From IMG/VR virus record IMGVR_UViG_2671180724_000008: DNA of 64,000 nucleotides, one strand, 5' to 3'. The stretch is from a virus (taxonomy: Duplodnaviria > Heunggongvirae > Uroviricota > Caudoviricetes). Each line of letters starts with the position of its first letter. The first letter of the stretch is position 1. The position numbers were made by a program, and so were the translations under genes. The notes beneath the pieces were generated by a model. The model saw only the letters and a list, made by a program, of their open reading frames with translations, did no database searches and was not told where the DNA came from. Shown piece by piece: positions 10,212 to 19,865 of the stretch.

Positions 10212-10445
10212 ATGATGAAAAGATTATTTCTAACAATAGCTGTTGTTCTCTCTCTTACTGGCTGCCAGAAATTGCCGACACCTATATGTTATGGTGAGGC
10301 TATCATTGGTGGACAGGAGACTGTCATACCTATATATGCTGTTAAAAAAGTGAACGACTATACCTTATACAAAGCGGGTAGCATCTATAACTGGCGATGG
10401 GTTGGAGTAGGTGCTTTCTCATCAGTCCGTTGCAATGCTGAATGA
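10212..10445 (+). CDS. small lipoprotein, candidate superinfection-exclusion (Cor/Llp-like) protein
   Basis: 77-aa ORF with lipoprotein signal MMKRLFLTIAVVLSLTGC (lipobox LTGC). Sits immediately after the receptor-binding genes. Confidence 0.45.
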   Translation: MMKRLFLTIAVVLSLTGCQKLPTPICYGEAIIGGQETVIPIYAVKKVNDYTLYKAGSIYNWRWVGVGAFSSVRCNAE

Positions 10446-10514
10446 TAGGTAAGTACACACCTACAACAAAAGGGTGAAATGTGATATAAATCCGCCATCC
10501 CGATTTGACTTTTC

Positions 10515-10850
10515 ATGGAGGAAAACATGTCGAACGAGATGGCGGGCGTTACAACAGAGCAAGTTGAGCGTATTGCCGCGATCGTTGCTCGGGAGGTTGT
10601 TGGCAAATTAGGTAAAGAGCTACGTGAAGAAATTGGCCAGGAGGTCAATGATCAGCTGAAAACCTACTTTGGTGATATGACCCCGGCGCAACATAGTATT
10701 CAACACTCCAATCTGGACAAACTCCTTAACCGGTTAGATTCCATCTCAAGTGGGTTCTTTGGCGGCATTGTTTCTAAAATAACGTCGTTCATTATTACCG
10801 CACTGCTTTTGGGGTTAGCCGCGTATGGCGTAAAAAATGGACTGCAATAA
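10515..10850 (+). CDS. membrane protein of lysis cassette (holin candidate)
   Basis: 111-aa ORF with a single C-terminal hydrophobic helix, directly upstream of the endolysin-like and spanin genes. Confidence 0.35.
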   Translation: MEENMSNEMAGVTTEQVERIAAIVAREVVGKLGKELREEIGQEVNDQLKTYFGDMTPAQHSIQHSNLDKLLNRLDSISSGFFGGIVSKITSFIITALLLGLAAYGVKNGLQ

Positions 10851-10863
10851 CAGGAGATCAAGG

Positions 10864-11556
10864 ATGAAGACTCCGAGAGGCATTCGTAATAATAACCCCG
10901 GTAATCTTGATAAAGGATCACCGTGGCAAGGTCTGGTTGTGAATCCAGACGAACCGCGCTTTTGCACGTTTAAAGACCCTGTTTGGGGGATTCGTGCGCT
11001 GGCGGTGACTCTAATTACCTACCACGACAAACGTCGCGCAAAAGACGGCTCAAGTATCGATACCATTCGTGAAGTTATTGAACGTTGGGCACCGCCGAAT
11101 GAAAACAACACTGACGCCTACATTAATGAGGTGTCTAAAGCCGTTGGTGTAACCGCAGACATGATCATCGATCTGCATGATTACGACATCCTTCGACCTT
11201 TGGTTGAGGCAATCATTCGCCACGAGAATGGTCGAGGTCCACTAAAAACGCTGAATACCTGGTATGCGGCAGAAGTTATTGAGGAAGGTCTGCGTCGAGC
11301 TGGCGTCGTTAAGCCGGTGAAAACCGTGAAGGCTGTTCCTGTAACTAAAGAAACAGCAGGCGCAACTGTCACAGCAGGTATTGGTCTGGCGCAGCTTGCC
11401 GATGTTATGCCGCAGGTTTCCGCTGCTATGGATAAGGCACAAGGTCATATCTCTAGCGGGGATACAGTACGCATCATCTTCGGTATTGCCACTATTGTTG
11501 TGGCAGGATTCATTGCCTGGTCGCAGGTAAGAAAACACCAGAAAGGGATGGTCTAA
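10864..11556 (+). CDS. putative endolysin / peptidoglycan hydrolase with C-terminal membrane anchor
   Basis: ATG at 10864 preceded by caggag. Conserved-looking N-terminal motif GIRNNNPGNL; C-terminal hydrophobic segment. Position between holin candidate and spanins. The ORF track offers an earlier start at 10837. Confidence 0.4.
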   Translation: MKTPRGIRNNNPGNLDKGSPWQGLVVNPDEPRFCTFKDPVWGIRALAVTLITYHDKRRAKDGSSIDTIREVIERWAPPNENNTDAYINEVSKAVGVTADMIIDLHDYDILRPLVEAIIRHENGRGPLKTLNTWYAAEVIEEGLRRAGVVKPVKTVKAVPVTKETAGATVTAGIGLAQLADVMPQVSAAMDKAQGHISSGDTVRIIFGIATIVVAGFIAWSQVRKHQKGMV

Positions 11557-11557
11557 T

Positions 11558-11809
11558 ATGCTAGGCAGCCTGATGACAAAGCTAAAAGTTGCTTTGATTA
11601 CGCTGGCTGCCGTTCTTTTCGTTCTGGTCGGCGCTTACACGATGGGCGGAAATGCGGCGCGACGAGCAATGGAAGAGAAGGCAAAACAGGAAGACAGGAA
11701 ACGACTTCAAAGCACATTGGACGTCAAAAATGAAACACTTGATGAGTTACGGAGCAAGGATGCTTCTACTGTTCATCATGAGTTGCACAATAAGTGGTTG
11801 CGTGATTAA
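11558..11809 (+). CDS. i-spanin (Rz-like)
   Basis: 83-aa protein with an N-terminal transmembrane helix followed by a charged helical periplasmic region; its start overlaps the endolysin stop. Confidence 0.55.
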   Translation: MLGSLMTKLKVALITLAAVLFVLVGAYTMGGNAARRAMEEKAKQEDRKRLQSTLDVKNETLDELRSKDASTVHHELHNKWLRD

Positions 11810-11960
11810 GCCTCAACCCGCTGGTGTGCTTTTCTGCGATGCGGCTACACCGCTATACATCAGCCGTGATGATCTCATGACCGAAGAGACTGAAAGAGAG
11901 GTGCTTTTTCACAATATGATAGGGGAGCGATTGTGTGGATGGGGCAGAAAAGTACCCTAA
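11730..11960 (+). CDS. o-spanin (Rz1-like lipoprotein), overlapped with i-spanin in another frame
   Basis: Internal start MKHLM in the 11652..11960 ORF. Lipoprotein signal with lipobox ISGC. Begins inside the i-spanin gene and extends beyond it. Confidence 0.5.
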   Translation: MKHLMSYGARMLLLFIMSCTISGCVIKPQPAGVLFCDAATPLYISRDDLMTEETEREVLFHNMIGERLCGWGRKVP

Positions 11961-12137
11961 CAGAAGAGGAGTTTTCTAACATAAAATTTGCATATTATTA
12001 GAGCACAAGGTAGATTTGGCACATGGATGTCAAGTAAATCATCCCTTGCATTAATGCTGCGACGCATACTCGTAGCCTCTAAACCCTGACAAGGGTCGCC
12101 GCTATGACATTAAGTTAATACCGGCTAAGGTGGACAC

Positions 12138-12521
12138 ATGCTGAACGAAAAACGTTCTATACAAACAATTCGCGATTGCACGAGTGTTATCGCAACTCAT
12201 GTGCTGAATAAGCGCAAACTTGAGGTGCGTAAACTTAACAACGATGCGACTGCGCCAAAAGACACTCGCTTCATCGTAACTTTCAAAGACGATGTTGAGA
12301 ATGCTGGTGCCAGTGTAAAACCGTTGGCTGAAGCGATTTTCCTGAACGATCGTGTTCGTTTCATTGTGAAGCCAGCAAAACAATACCCTGAATTAGCACG
12401 GTTTAGTGACCAATTCTCTGAAATTATTGAGAGTGCAATTCGCCGCTTTCTTAATACTCATGGTAGCATTGTCAGCAATACAACTGCTGATGGTACTGCT
12501 CTAAGATGGCACCTACACTAG
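12138..12521 (+). CDS. hypothetical protein
   Basis: 127-aa ORF with RBS-like aaggtgg upstream. Confidence 0.4.
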   Translation: MLNEKRSIQTIRDCTSVIATHVLNKRKLEVRKLNNDATAPKDTRFIVTFKDDVENAGASVKPLAEAIFLNDRVRFIVKPAKQYPELARFSDQFSEIIESAIRRFLNTHGSIVSNTTADGTALRWHLH

Positions 12522-13258
12522 AACGCACATACTCTAAAAATCTTTATGAGTTTCCTCACCGTGGGGAAACTCGCGTTTCACGTTTTGGCTACCTCATCAA
12601 CGAAGCATCGCTTTTCAAAATATCTGAAATAACCATTATCGAGCCTGATGATGATATCTGTCTGTATATCCTGATGGAGAAAGTTGGAGCACGAGATCAG
12701 GGTGAACTGATGGACTTCATTCTGGACAGAGGCGAAGATGGAATGTCTGATTCGGACATTATTCAAGCAATTCTGCGTTCCGACATGCTCGATCAGAGCA
12801 GAAACACGATAGCAGGCAGAATTGCATTGCGTGAATACACATTCATCGAGGATGGGGTAGAGATTGACTGCTATCAGATTGCAGGTGTTGAAACAGAAAG
12901 AGCAATAAGGCAAAGGGGACTGTGCAACCTCACGTATCGCTTCCTCCTTCATTGGTACGAACATCTTGTCTGTGATTACAATCAGACCATTCCTGGCGCA
13001 AAAATCTGGGCCGGTCCATTAATGCGAACAGGTGATGTAAGAATTTACAACGCAAAAACTGAGACGTTCGAGGATGTGTTAGGCGAATATGGGATGGGAA
13101 AAGAAACCGGCTTTTTGCCGTGGAACAGAGGATTGTTACTTGATCCAGAATTAAGCTCTTGGTTTCCAAATAAGGTGCAAGTTAACGTTGAGAAATTTAT
13201 CGTACTTATCATCTCCCGCAAAACAAGAACCCCAGTTGGTTTATATCTAAAAGATTAA
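12506..13258 (+). CDS. hypothetical protein
   Basis: 250-aa ORF overlapping the preceding stop; followed by a canonical terminator. Confidence 0.45.
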   Translation: MAPTLERTYSKNLYEFPHRGETRVSRFGYLINEASLFKISEITIIEPDDDICLYILMEKVGARDQGELMDFILDRGEDGMSDSDIIQAILRSDMLDQSRNTIAGRIALREYTFIEDGVEIDCYQIAGVETERAIRQRGLCNLTYRFLLHWYEHLVCDYNQTIPGAKIWAGPLMRTGDVRIYNAKTETFEDVLGEYGMGKETGFLPWNRGLLLDPELSSWFPNKVQVNVEKFIVLIISRKTRTPVGLYLKD

Positions 13259-13263
13259 CAATT

Positions 13264-13286
13264 AGGCGACTTCTGTCGCCTTTTTT
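13264..13286 (+). terminator. rho-independent terminator
   Basis: aggcgac-ttct-gtcgcc hairpin followed by tttttt. Confidence 0.7.
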
Positions 13287-13434
13287 GTTAACAGCCATTG
13301 ATTCTCGCCTAAAAATTCTAAGGCAGCACCTACCATTTAACCTTTACACAGCAGCCGTAGGCATTTAGGCTATATCACATATAAGAAAACAAGTTGTTTC
13401 AGACAATAATAATAGACGCAAAGGGAACTCTCCA

Positions 13435-14103
13435 ATGACCAAGATCTTTGTGGTTGGCGGCACAAAGGGCGGGCCTGGCAAATCCACTGTTGCCCAGCAA
13501 ATTGCCGTTTGCCTGAAAGTCAAAAAGAAGAAGAAGGTTTATATCACTGATATAGATATTCAGCGCACGACAACAAGCTGGTGTGAAGACCGTCGACAGA
13601 ACGAAGACCTTGAGCTGATTCCTTTTGCCTACGTTCAGGATGACATCATTAAGCACCTAAAATCGCTTCAGGGTAGAGCTGAGTTTGTAGTGGTAGATGC
13701 TGGTGGCTTTGACTCCGAAATTCAGCGACAAGCGATGCTGATGGCCGACGTTATCATTATCCCGCTGCGTCCTAAGCGTCGTGATTTGAAATCTCTGCGT
13801 GACATCGATCCTATTATCGACAATGTTCGTAATGTAAACGATAAAGTGAAGGTCCGCGCGGTCATGAACCAGTGCCCGGCTTTGCCATCACAAGTGTCTC
13901 GCATTCTGGCGGCTAAAGAGATTGTCGAGACGTTTGGCATCGAGTCTGCGCCAGTCAATCTATATAACCGCAACGTCTACGATGATGCGGAAGAGTCTGG
14001 TCGTTCTATCTTCGAAATGACCGGTAGCGAGCGCGACAAAAAGGCTGAAGCCGAGTTTGAAGAATTTGTAGATTATCTGTTGAGTCTGGAGGAAGAAGAA
14101 TAA
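13435..14103 (+). CDS. parA: ParA-family partition ATPase
   Basis: 222-aa protein with deviant Walker A GGTKGGPGKST near the N-terminus. Small size is typical of type Ib ParA. Confidence 0.8.
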   Translation: MTKIFVVGGTKGGPGKSTVAQQIAVCLKVKKKKKVYITDIDIQRTTTSWCEDRRQNEDLELIPFAYVQDDIIKHLKSLQGRAEFVVVDAGGFDSEIQRQAMLMADVIIIPLRPKRRDLKSLRDIDPIIDNVRNVNDKVKVRAVMNQCPALPSQVSRILAAKEIVETFGIESAPVNLYNRNVYDDAEESGRSIFEMTGSERDKKAEAEFEEFVDYLLSLEEEE

Positions 14104-14462
14104 TGTCCATGAAAATGGGTGACCTAGCAAAGCGCAAAGAGCCTGATGCACCGGCTAAGAACACAACTCCTTTGCGCCAACCAGTCAGACCACAGGGACG
14201 CCCGACTCGTGGCAAAGAGAAAATTAAGAGCCGCACGATGTCACTGGAGGACGAATACTTCGAACTGCTGGAGATGATGAAGTTCATCCCTCGTTTCGAG
14301 AAATTCACCCGTTCAGACGTGATTCGCGCAGCCATTTTCCATCTGGCAGAGAAGTCACCGCAGGAAATCGAGGACATCGTGAAACTTAACGAGGCGATCA
14401 CAGCTGCCGATGTCACGATGCGTACCGATGAAATCAAACGAGAGTTGATGAAAAAAGGTTAA
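14103..14462 (+). CDS. small ParB/ParG-like centromere-binding protein (putative)
   Basis: 119-aa ORF translationally coupled to parA (ATGA overlap). Basic disordered N-terminus and a C-terminal helical region compatible with a ribbon-helix-helix fold. Confidence 0.45.
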   Translation: MSMKMGDLAKRKEPDAPAKNTTPLRQPVRPQGRPTRGKEKIKSRTMSLEDEYFELLEMMKFIPRFEKFTRSDVIRAAIFHLAEKSPQEIEDIVKLNEAITAADVTMRTDEIKRELMKKG

Positions 14463-14499
14463 AAATCATGCATTGGCGCAATGTACGCGCCAATGCATG
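14448..14499 (-). terminator. terminator hairpin between convergent genes
   Basis: 13-bp perfect inverted repeat catgcattggcgc / gcgccaatgcatg with a 7-nt loop. A T-rich run follows on the minus strand (plus-strand gaaaaaaggttaaaaat). Confidence 0.6.
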
Positions 14500-14514
14500 A
14501 CTACAGTGTCAGCT

Positions 14515-15282
14515 TTATGCCGCGCTAACACTATGTTCAGTCCTAACCACCCCAACCTTCACAAAAGGGCTACCGTAGCTTGGTGGCTTCTTGATTAATT
14601 TGCCTACATACAGTTTTCTAATATGCTCATCGGCTATTCTGCCAACAAATTCATAACGTTTTGTGTCGGGGCCAAGAGCTATATCCCTTGTAAAGTACTG
14701 CTGAGAACCGGCTTTGACCCAGCATTCAATCCGATAAACTTCCATTATCAGCCCACCATATGTAGCGTAGGCATATTTGAGATTCTCGTCTCTTGGAACC
14801 TTTGCCCATACGCCACGCGTAGCTTCATATAATGCCAGAGCGGACATTCCTGACTTGTAGGTGCTGTTTAGCAGGAAGGCAAGACCGGCGTGCTCAGGAG
14901 CAATTTCAGTTTCCTCTTGCAGCACTAAGTGATGGTAGGCGTCCAGTGATATTCTGCCCATCATGGAACCACTTCCTCGTACCTTATTCGTAAGCTCTCC
15001 GACCCCCATAAGGTCGATGCATGTCGCCTCAACAAGTTTGGCTGTGGTTTCATCCATACCATGACGAAGTATATCTATGCCTAATTTTTTATTAGCCAAA
15101 AGTTCTTTGATCCGCATGGATTTGGGAGAGTCATCGGGATACTTGATGTGATCGAGACAACGAGTCGATTTGCCTTTTCCTATGTAAAACGGTCTTTTCA
15201 TCTTGTCTTCTGTATCATAGAGACAGTAAACATAGTATTTAGCCTTATCCAATGATCTCGCGTATACCGATAAATCGTCCAT
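14515..15282 (-). CDS. GIY-YIG family nuclease with uncharacterised C-terminal domain
   Basis: 255-aa minus-strand ORF. N-terminal YVYCLYD...PFYIGKGK..R..H matches the GIY-YIG catalytic pattern. It is the only minus-strand gene in a plus-strand block. Confidence 0.55.
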   Translation of the reverse strand: MDDLSVYARSLDKAKYYVYCLYDTEDKMKRPFYIGKGKSTRCLDHIKYPDDSPKSMRIKELLANKKLGIDILRHGMDETTAKLVEATCIDLMGVGELTNKVRGSGSMMGRISLDAYHHLVLQEETEIAPEHAGLAFLLNSTYKSGMSALALYEATRGVWAKVPRDENLKYAYATYGGLIMEVYRIECWVKAGSQQYFTRDIALGPDTKRYEFVGRIADEHIRKLYVGKLIKKPPSYGSPFVKVGVVRTEHSVSAA

Positions 15283-15392
15283 TATTGCATCTCTTAGCTA
15301 CTGACTAATGCGTTCTATTTTACACATAAGTTTTTAATCAATTTAACAGGCTCAAAGTGTAGAGCTTCTGGGCGTCTAAGACGACAAGTTAT

Positions 15393-15455
15393 GCCTGCTT
15401 CCGTATATATAAATAATAAGTAACTTATTAAATATATACAGAAGCAGGTCTTTTA
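15393..15455. repeat. conserved hairpin element, copy A (cctgcttc / gaagcagg stem around an AT-rich loop)
   Basis: 8-bp stem enclosing a roughly 39-nt AT-rich loop, followed by a T-run. A near-identical element recurs at 62088..62148. Confidence 0.5.
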
Positions 15456-15555
15456 AAAGACACCACCAGAACAACTCCCTTCCGTTTCCACTTCCAAAAA
15501 CTGCCACCAGTCGCTATCATCCGCCCATTGTGATAAGTAAGTAACTACCTACCAG

Positions 15556-16305
15556 GTGAGCCACATGAGCCAAATCTTTTTCGACACCATCGACAACGAC
15601 CAGTACGACTTCATGACAGAGTGGAATACCGCTGTTATGGATAAGTGGGTTGCTGAAAACATTGGTTTGTCGCGTTGCAAAGACGAGGCTGAACTCTTCG
15701 ATACGAAGTGGTTTGATTACCGCGACATGCATCCTCTTATGGCCACCTGTCTGTTTACAGAGGCATACAAACGTCAGTACTCAAATATCATGCTGACGCA
15801 CGGTCGAGAACACTTTGAAACAGCTCCGTTCACCACCGGGTTAAAACGCCTGCCTTATCAGGAGTTGTCGACTGCCAATAAAACGTCGCTATGGAAAGCA
15901 CGCCAGTTTGCTGACCGCTATTGCTGCTCATACGACTACTTTATTTCCACCGTTCTTTCCGCAGCTGCACGACGACTGTGGGACAAGCTGCCGCGTCCGC
16001 AGCATTTGTGGCAGCCAGAACTGATTGAGATATTCGAAGATAAATTAGCCAGACGCGCAACAACCCGTCTGGATGACTCTCTGGTTAGCTTTAAGCATAT
16101 GGGAGACATGCAGTTCAACCCGATTCAGGAAAGCTATTTTGAGTGGATTCTGGAGCGTTTACGCGCCATCCCCCGCAGCAAGCGCATACGCGCAATTTTC
16201 TCCGCTATCTGGCTAATGGAAATCGTTCCAGAGCGCCTTATTTCCGCCCACTTTCCAGAAGAACTGGAAGAAGCACGGCGGTTTATTGATCCCCTATCTA
16301 ATTAA
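15556..16305 (+). CDS. hypothetical protein (upstream of replicative helicase)
   Basis: 249-aa ORF, no recognisable motif. Any helicase-loader role is speculation from position only. Confidence 0.45.
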   Translation: MSHMSQIFFDTIDNDQYDFMTEWNTAVMDKWVAENIGLSRCKDEAELFDTKWFDYRDMHPLMATCLFTEAYKRQYSNIMLTHGREHFETAPFTTGLKRLPYQELSTANKTSLWKARQFADRYCCSYDYFISTVLSAAARRLWDKLPRPQHLWQPELIEIFEDKLARRATTRLDDSLVSFKHMGDMQFNPIQESYFEWILERLRAIPRSKRIRAIFSAIWLMEIVPERLISAHFPEELEEARRFIDPLSN

Positions 16306-16348
16306 CTAATACTAGAAAACAATTTGTTTAAAAAACAAAGGAAAGCAC

Positions 16349-17689
16349 ATGACCGAACTTTGCCATACAGGACGCGGGCTGTCCGAAGAGTTTGATGAAG
16401 ATTTCCAGAACAGACTGACGGCATATTTTTGTCGTGATCACGAGTTTCTTACTCGTGCGGGAGATCTGGTTGTGCCTAGCCAATTTGCCAATGCGGCCAA
16501 TGCCATATTGGTTAATATGGTTTCGGGCTATTACCGTATGTACAAGAGCGCGCCCTCTTCATCTGCAATTCTGGATATGCTTAAGCGTGCGAAACGCGAT
16601 AAGACTATCCGTGAGGAACTATTCGCCGATGTTGTTGCTGCGTTTAAGCGCATCCTTGCAGAAAAATTGTCCGATACCTCGTACATGGTTGACCAGGTAT
16701 CAACCTTCGCAAAAAGCGTAGCGTTTGATGATGCTCTGATTAAGGCTGCTGAACTGAAAGAGAAGGGCGACTTTCAGGGGGCGATGGCAATCATGGCCAA
16801 GGTTCAGCAGATTGGATCGAATGAAGCGACCGGAATCTATGACTACTACACCTCCGCAAGTGAGCGATTGAAAGCGCGTGAATATGAGGCTTCAGAGGAG
16901 TATGTACCAAACAGTATTACAACTGGACTCCCTCTTCTCGATAGGTTGCTGTACCAAAAAGGCTGGGCAAAGCGCGAAATGGTGCTCTTCATGGGGTTCG
17001 CTAAATCCGGTAAATCGACCGCAATGGGTGAGTTTTCCATAAACGCAACGCTTGCCGGCTACAATGTTCTGTATCTCTCGCTGGAGGTTCACACCAACAT
17101 TTTGTCCGACCGCTTTGATGCAAGATTGTCGGAGACGGAAATGTCCAAGCTGGTGGAACGGCGCGATGAAGTTCATCGTAAGTTGGCAGAGTTGGGAGCC
17201 ACGAAGGGGATTGGTAGTTTGTGGGTTGTTGAGCGTCCGTCAGGAAGTATGTCACCGGCCGATCTGGACCGTATGCTTAACAGTATGAAAGCCAATGGCA
17301 TGGTGCCTGACATGGTTGTTGTCGACTACGCAGATTTGATGCGTGCCAGTTATGACCTTCGTGATGATCGCGCCAATATTCGTAGTATCTACACCGATTT
17401 ACGTGCTCTTTATGACAAACATAACGTTGCTGGGATCACGGCATCGCAGACAAACCGTGAAGGTGGCGCGTCAGAAGTTGCCACAATGATGCACGCTGCC
17501 GACAACATCGAAAAAGTACGTATTGCTGACCTGGTAATAACGATCAACAAAACCGAAGAAGAAGAAGCGAAAGGAGAGGCTCGTCTCTACTTTGCTGGTT
17601 CGCGTAACCAGCAGGGAGGGATCAGCATTCGCGTTAAACAAAACCTCGAACAAATGCGCTTCATTGAGCGAATCTTAGACGTTACCTAA
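16349..17689 (+). CDS. DnaB-like replicative DNA helicase
   Basis: 446-aa protein with Walker A GFAKSGKST in a RecA-like C-terminal domain. Start preceded by aaaggaaagcacATG. Confidence 0.75.
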   Translation: MTELCHTGRGLSEEFDEDFQNRLTAYFCRDHEFLTRAGDLVVPSQFANAANAILVNMVSGYYRMYKSAPSSSAILDMLKRAKRDKTIREELFADVVAAFKRILAEKLSDTSYMVDQVSTFAKSVAFDDALIKAAELKEKGDFQGAMAIMAKVQQIGSNEATGIYDYYTSASERLKAREYEASEEYVPNSITTGLPLLDRLLYQKGWAKREMVLFMGFAKSGKSTAMGEFSINATLAGYNVLYLSLEVHTNILSDRFDARLSETEMSKLVERRDEVHRKLAELGATKGIGSLWVVERPSGSMSPADLDRMLNSMKANGMVPDMVVVDYADLMRASYDLRDDRANIRSIYTDLRALYDKHNVAGITASQTNREGGASEVATMMHAADNIEKVRIADLVITINKTEEEEAKGEARLYFAGSRNQQGGISIRVKQNLEQMRFIERILDVT

Positions 17690-17770
17690 AAAATAAGCGT
17701 GGAGAACACCTCCACGCTTGATTCATTGGTGAAACAACTTTTCTTTTGCCAAACCACAAAAGAAAAACAC

Positions 17771-18952
17771 ATGAGCCTTTATGTTATATCAACATTTAGG
17801 TTGGTCACAATATTGCCTGTTAAAAGTGGAATTATCGTGAGCGAGCTGAAAGAGCTAATTACCGAATTAGATTTTGAACAATGGTTGGACACTGAAGGTA
17901 TCGTTTATCGACGTGGAGGTGTGAGTGCTCGCGGTCGTGAAGTGAATATCAAGGAGTGTCCGGTATGCGGCAGCTCCAACTGGAAGGTATATTTCAATCT
18001 GACCAGTGGCGTCGGCAAATGCTTCGCTGGTGATCATCCCGAAGAGATTCAGTTCAATAAGCTGGTCTTCCTCAAGCACTACAGCGGTAAATCACGACGA
18101 CAGTTCGAGGAATATGTGCAGAACGCTCTTCTTTCCCAGGGGTGGGCACCAAAGAAAGAAGAGATAGTGCTTGCAAGCACAGTCGAGTTAGAGGGACCAC
18201 TTGCACTCCCTCGTCATTACGAGCTTCCTATAGATGGCCGTCTTCCAGACTATCTGGTTGAACGAAACATATCACCTGAAATGGCAAAGTATTTTGACCT
18301 ACGATACTGCGTCGAAGGCAAGCACGCTTATGTAGATCCGTATACAGATCAGGTAAAAGGACAGATATTCGATATGCGAGTACTGATACCGGTTTACGAT
18401 CTGGATGGGGTAATGAAGACATTTCAGGGACGAGACATTACCGGTACAGCAGACCGCCGCTACCTCTTTCCTATGCAGCTTCCAGCTTCAGGTAAGTTTC
18501 TCTACAACGGCCATAATGCGGTCGGCAAACAGACTGTAGTTGTCTGTGAGGGGGCGTTCGATGTTATGGGGGTTAAACGAGCTATTTTTGATGAAGAAAC
18601 ATTACGTGATTACGTGGAACCGATAGGAACGTTCGGGATGCATCTATCTGGTAACACCACTCAGGATGCAGAAGATCAGTTAGGCGCGTTCCTGACGCTC
18701 AAGGCGCGTGGGTTACGTAATGTGATCATGATGTGGGATAGTGAAAAGCAAGCTATACGCAACACTATGGCCGCAGCCAGGCGACTGACCAGTATCGGTC
18801 TTAATGTCAAAGTTGCGTGTTTGGGTGAGGAAGGACTCGACCCAGGCGGTGCAACGCCAGAACAAATTATCAAAGCCTATTATCGGGCAAAACCGTATAC
18901 CAAACAGTTGGAGTTGCAAAGCAAGGTTTTGGGCATTAAGGCTCTATCGTAA
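17771..18952 (+). CDS. DNA primase (zinc-ribbon plus TOPRIM)
   Basis: Zinc ribbon CPVCGSSNWKVY...GKCF and TOPRIM-like VVVCEGAFDVMG. Start chosen at the internal ATG preceded by ccacaaaagaaaaacacATG (conserved start context); the ORF track offers an earlier start at 17699. Confidence 0.65.
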   Translation: MSLYVISTFRLVTILPVKSGIIVSELKELITELDFEQWLDTEGIVYRRGGVSARGREVNIKECPVCGSSNWKVYFNLTSGVGKCFAGDHPEEIQFNKLVFLKHYSGKSRRQFEEYVQNALLSQGWAPKKEEIVLASTVELEGPLALPRHYELPIDGRLPDYLVERNISPEMAKYFDLRYCVEGKHAYVDPYTDQVKGQIFDMRVLIPVYDLDGVMKTFQGRDITGTADRRYLFPMQLPASGKFLYNGHNAVGKQTVVVCEGAFDVMGVKRAIFDEETLRDYVEPIGTFGMHLSGNTTQDAEDQLGAFLTLKARGLRNVIMMWDSEKQAIRNTMAAARRLTSIGLNVKVACLGEEGLDPGGATPEQIIKAYYRAKPYTKQLELQSKVLGIKALS

Positions 18953-19027
18953 CAAACGCCGTTAAAATAAGTAGATGATTACTTATCTTTCTGTAAGAAT
19001 ACTTTCATCTGTTAGCTAGGAGTTGGT

Positions 19028-19810
19028 ATGAAAGACGAAATTCAGAAATTAGCCTGCGACATCATTGATAAAACTGGTTTAGAAATCAGCGAGAGCAATC
19101 GACTAGACATCATTGAAAAAGCGGTAAAAACAGCAATGGATCATATCGCCACTCGTTTGGTTGAGATCCCGCTACCAGGGCTACCTTATCTGAAGGTTGA
19201 GTTACACGTATGGGGTGAACCTTCTTGTGCACGGCGTTCTGCATTAGTTGTTTTTATTAGCAAAGAAAACCCGCTCAGTCTTAAAGTGCAGGTTGGTGCA
19301 TGGATGGATGGAAAAGTGATCTACACAAATACCGTTTTTTGTGCGCCAAACGACAGTATTATTGAAGAGGCTATTCAGGAATCACTTCTAACTATGCATA
19401 GCTTAGTTTTGCTGGAAGACAAGCAAAACTACGAAGAGTACTTACGGTCGATAAAAGGTGAGAGAACATTGTCACTTAAAGCCGATTTTGTTACCCCGAC
19501 AAACCTGTTGGAAGTCTTGCTTAATAAAGGGGCTAATGATGCCGTAAATGTAATCAGAGAGAGTGAGTATGCGTCTCTTTGCGACATGTGCAAAAGCCAG
19601 TTGGATCTGGTGCATATCGTTATTGATGCTGGGAAGGCATGTGATGGCGTAATGGCGGAATTTGCTGGGAAGATGGTCAGGATTGCTAACGAATTACCGA
19701 TGATAGAGCAAGAGGCTAAATCATACGCCACCAATCATGTCACAGAGCTTCTTGTCCCCTATCGCTTAGAAAGCAATCAGCGCAAGATGGTTAGCTGGGG
19801 AAGTTGGTAA
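19028..19810 (+). CDS. hypothetical protein
   Basis: 260-aa ORF with RBS aggag upstream. Confidence 0.45.
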   Translation: MKDEIQKLACDIIDKTGLEISESNRLDIIEKAVKTAMDHIATRLVEIPLPGLPYLKVELHVWGEPSCARRSALVVFISKENPLSLKVQVGAWMDGKVIYTNTVFCAPNDSIIEEAIQESLLTMHSLVLLEDKQNYEEYLRSIKGERTLSLKADFVTPTNLLEVLLNKGANDAVNVIRESEYASLCDMCKSQLDLVHIVIDAGKACDGVMAEFAGKMVRIANELPMIEQEAKSYATNHVTELLVPYRLESNQRKMVSWGSW

Positions 19811-19865
19811 TCTCTCCGCGCGTCGTTTTTTACGCAAATAACGATAGGTAAGTACAAGATTATTT

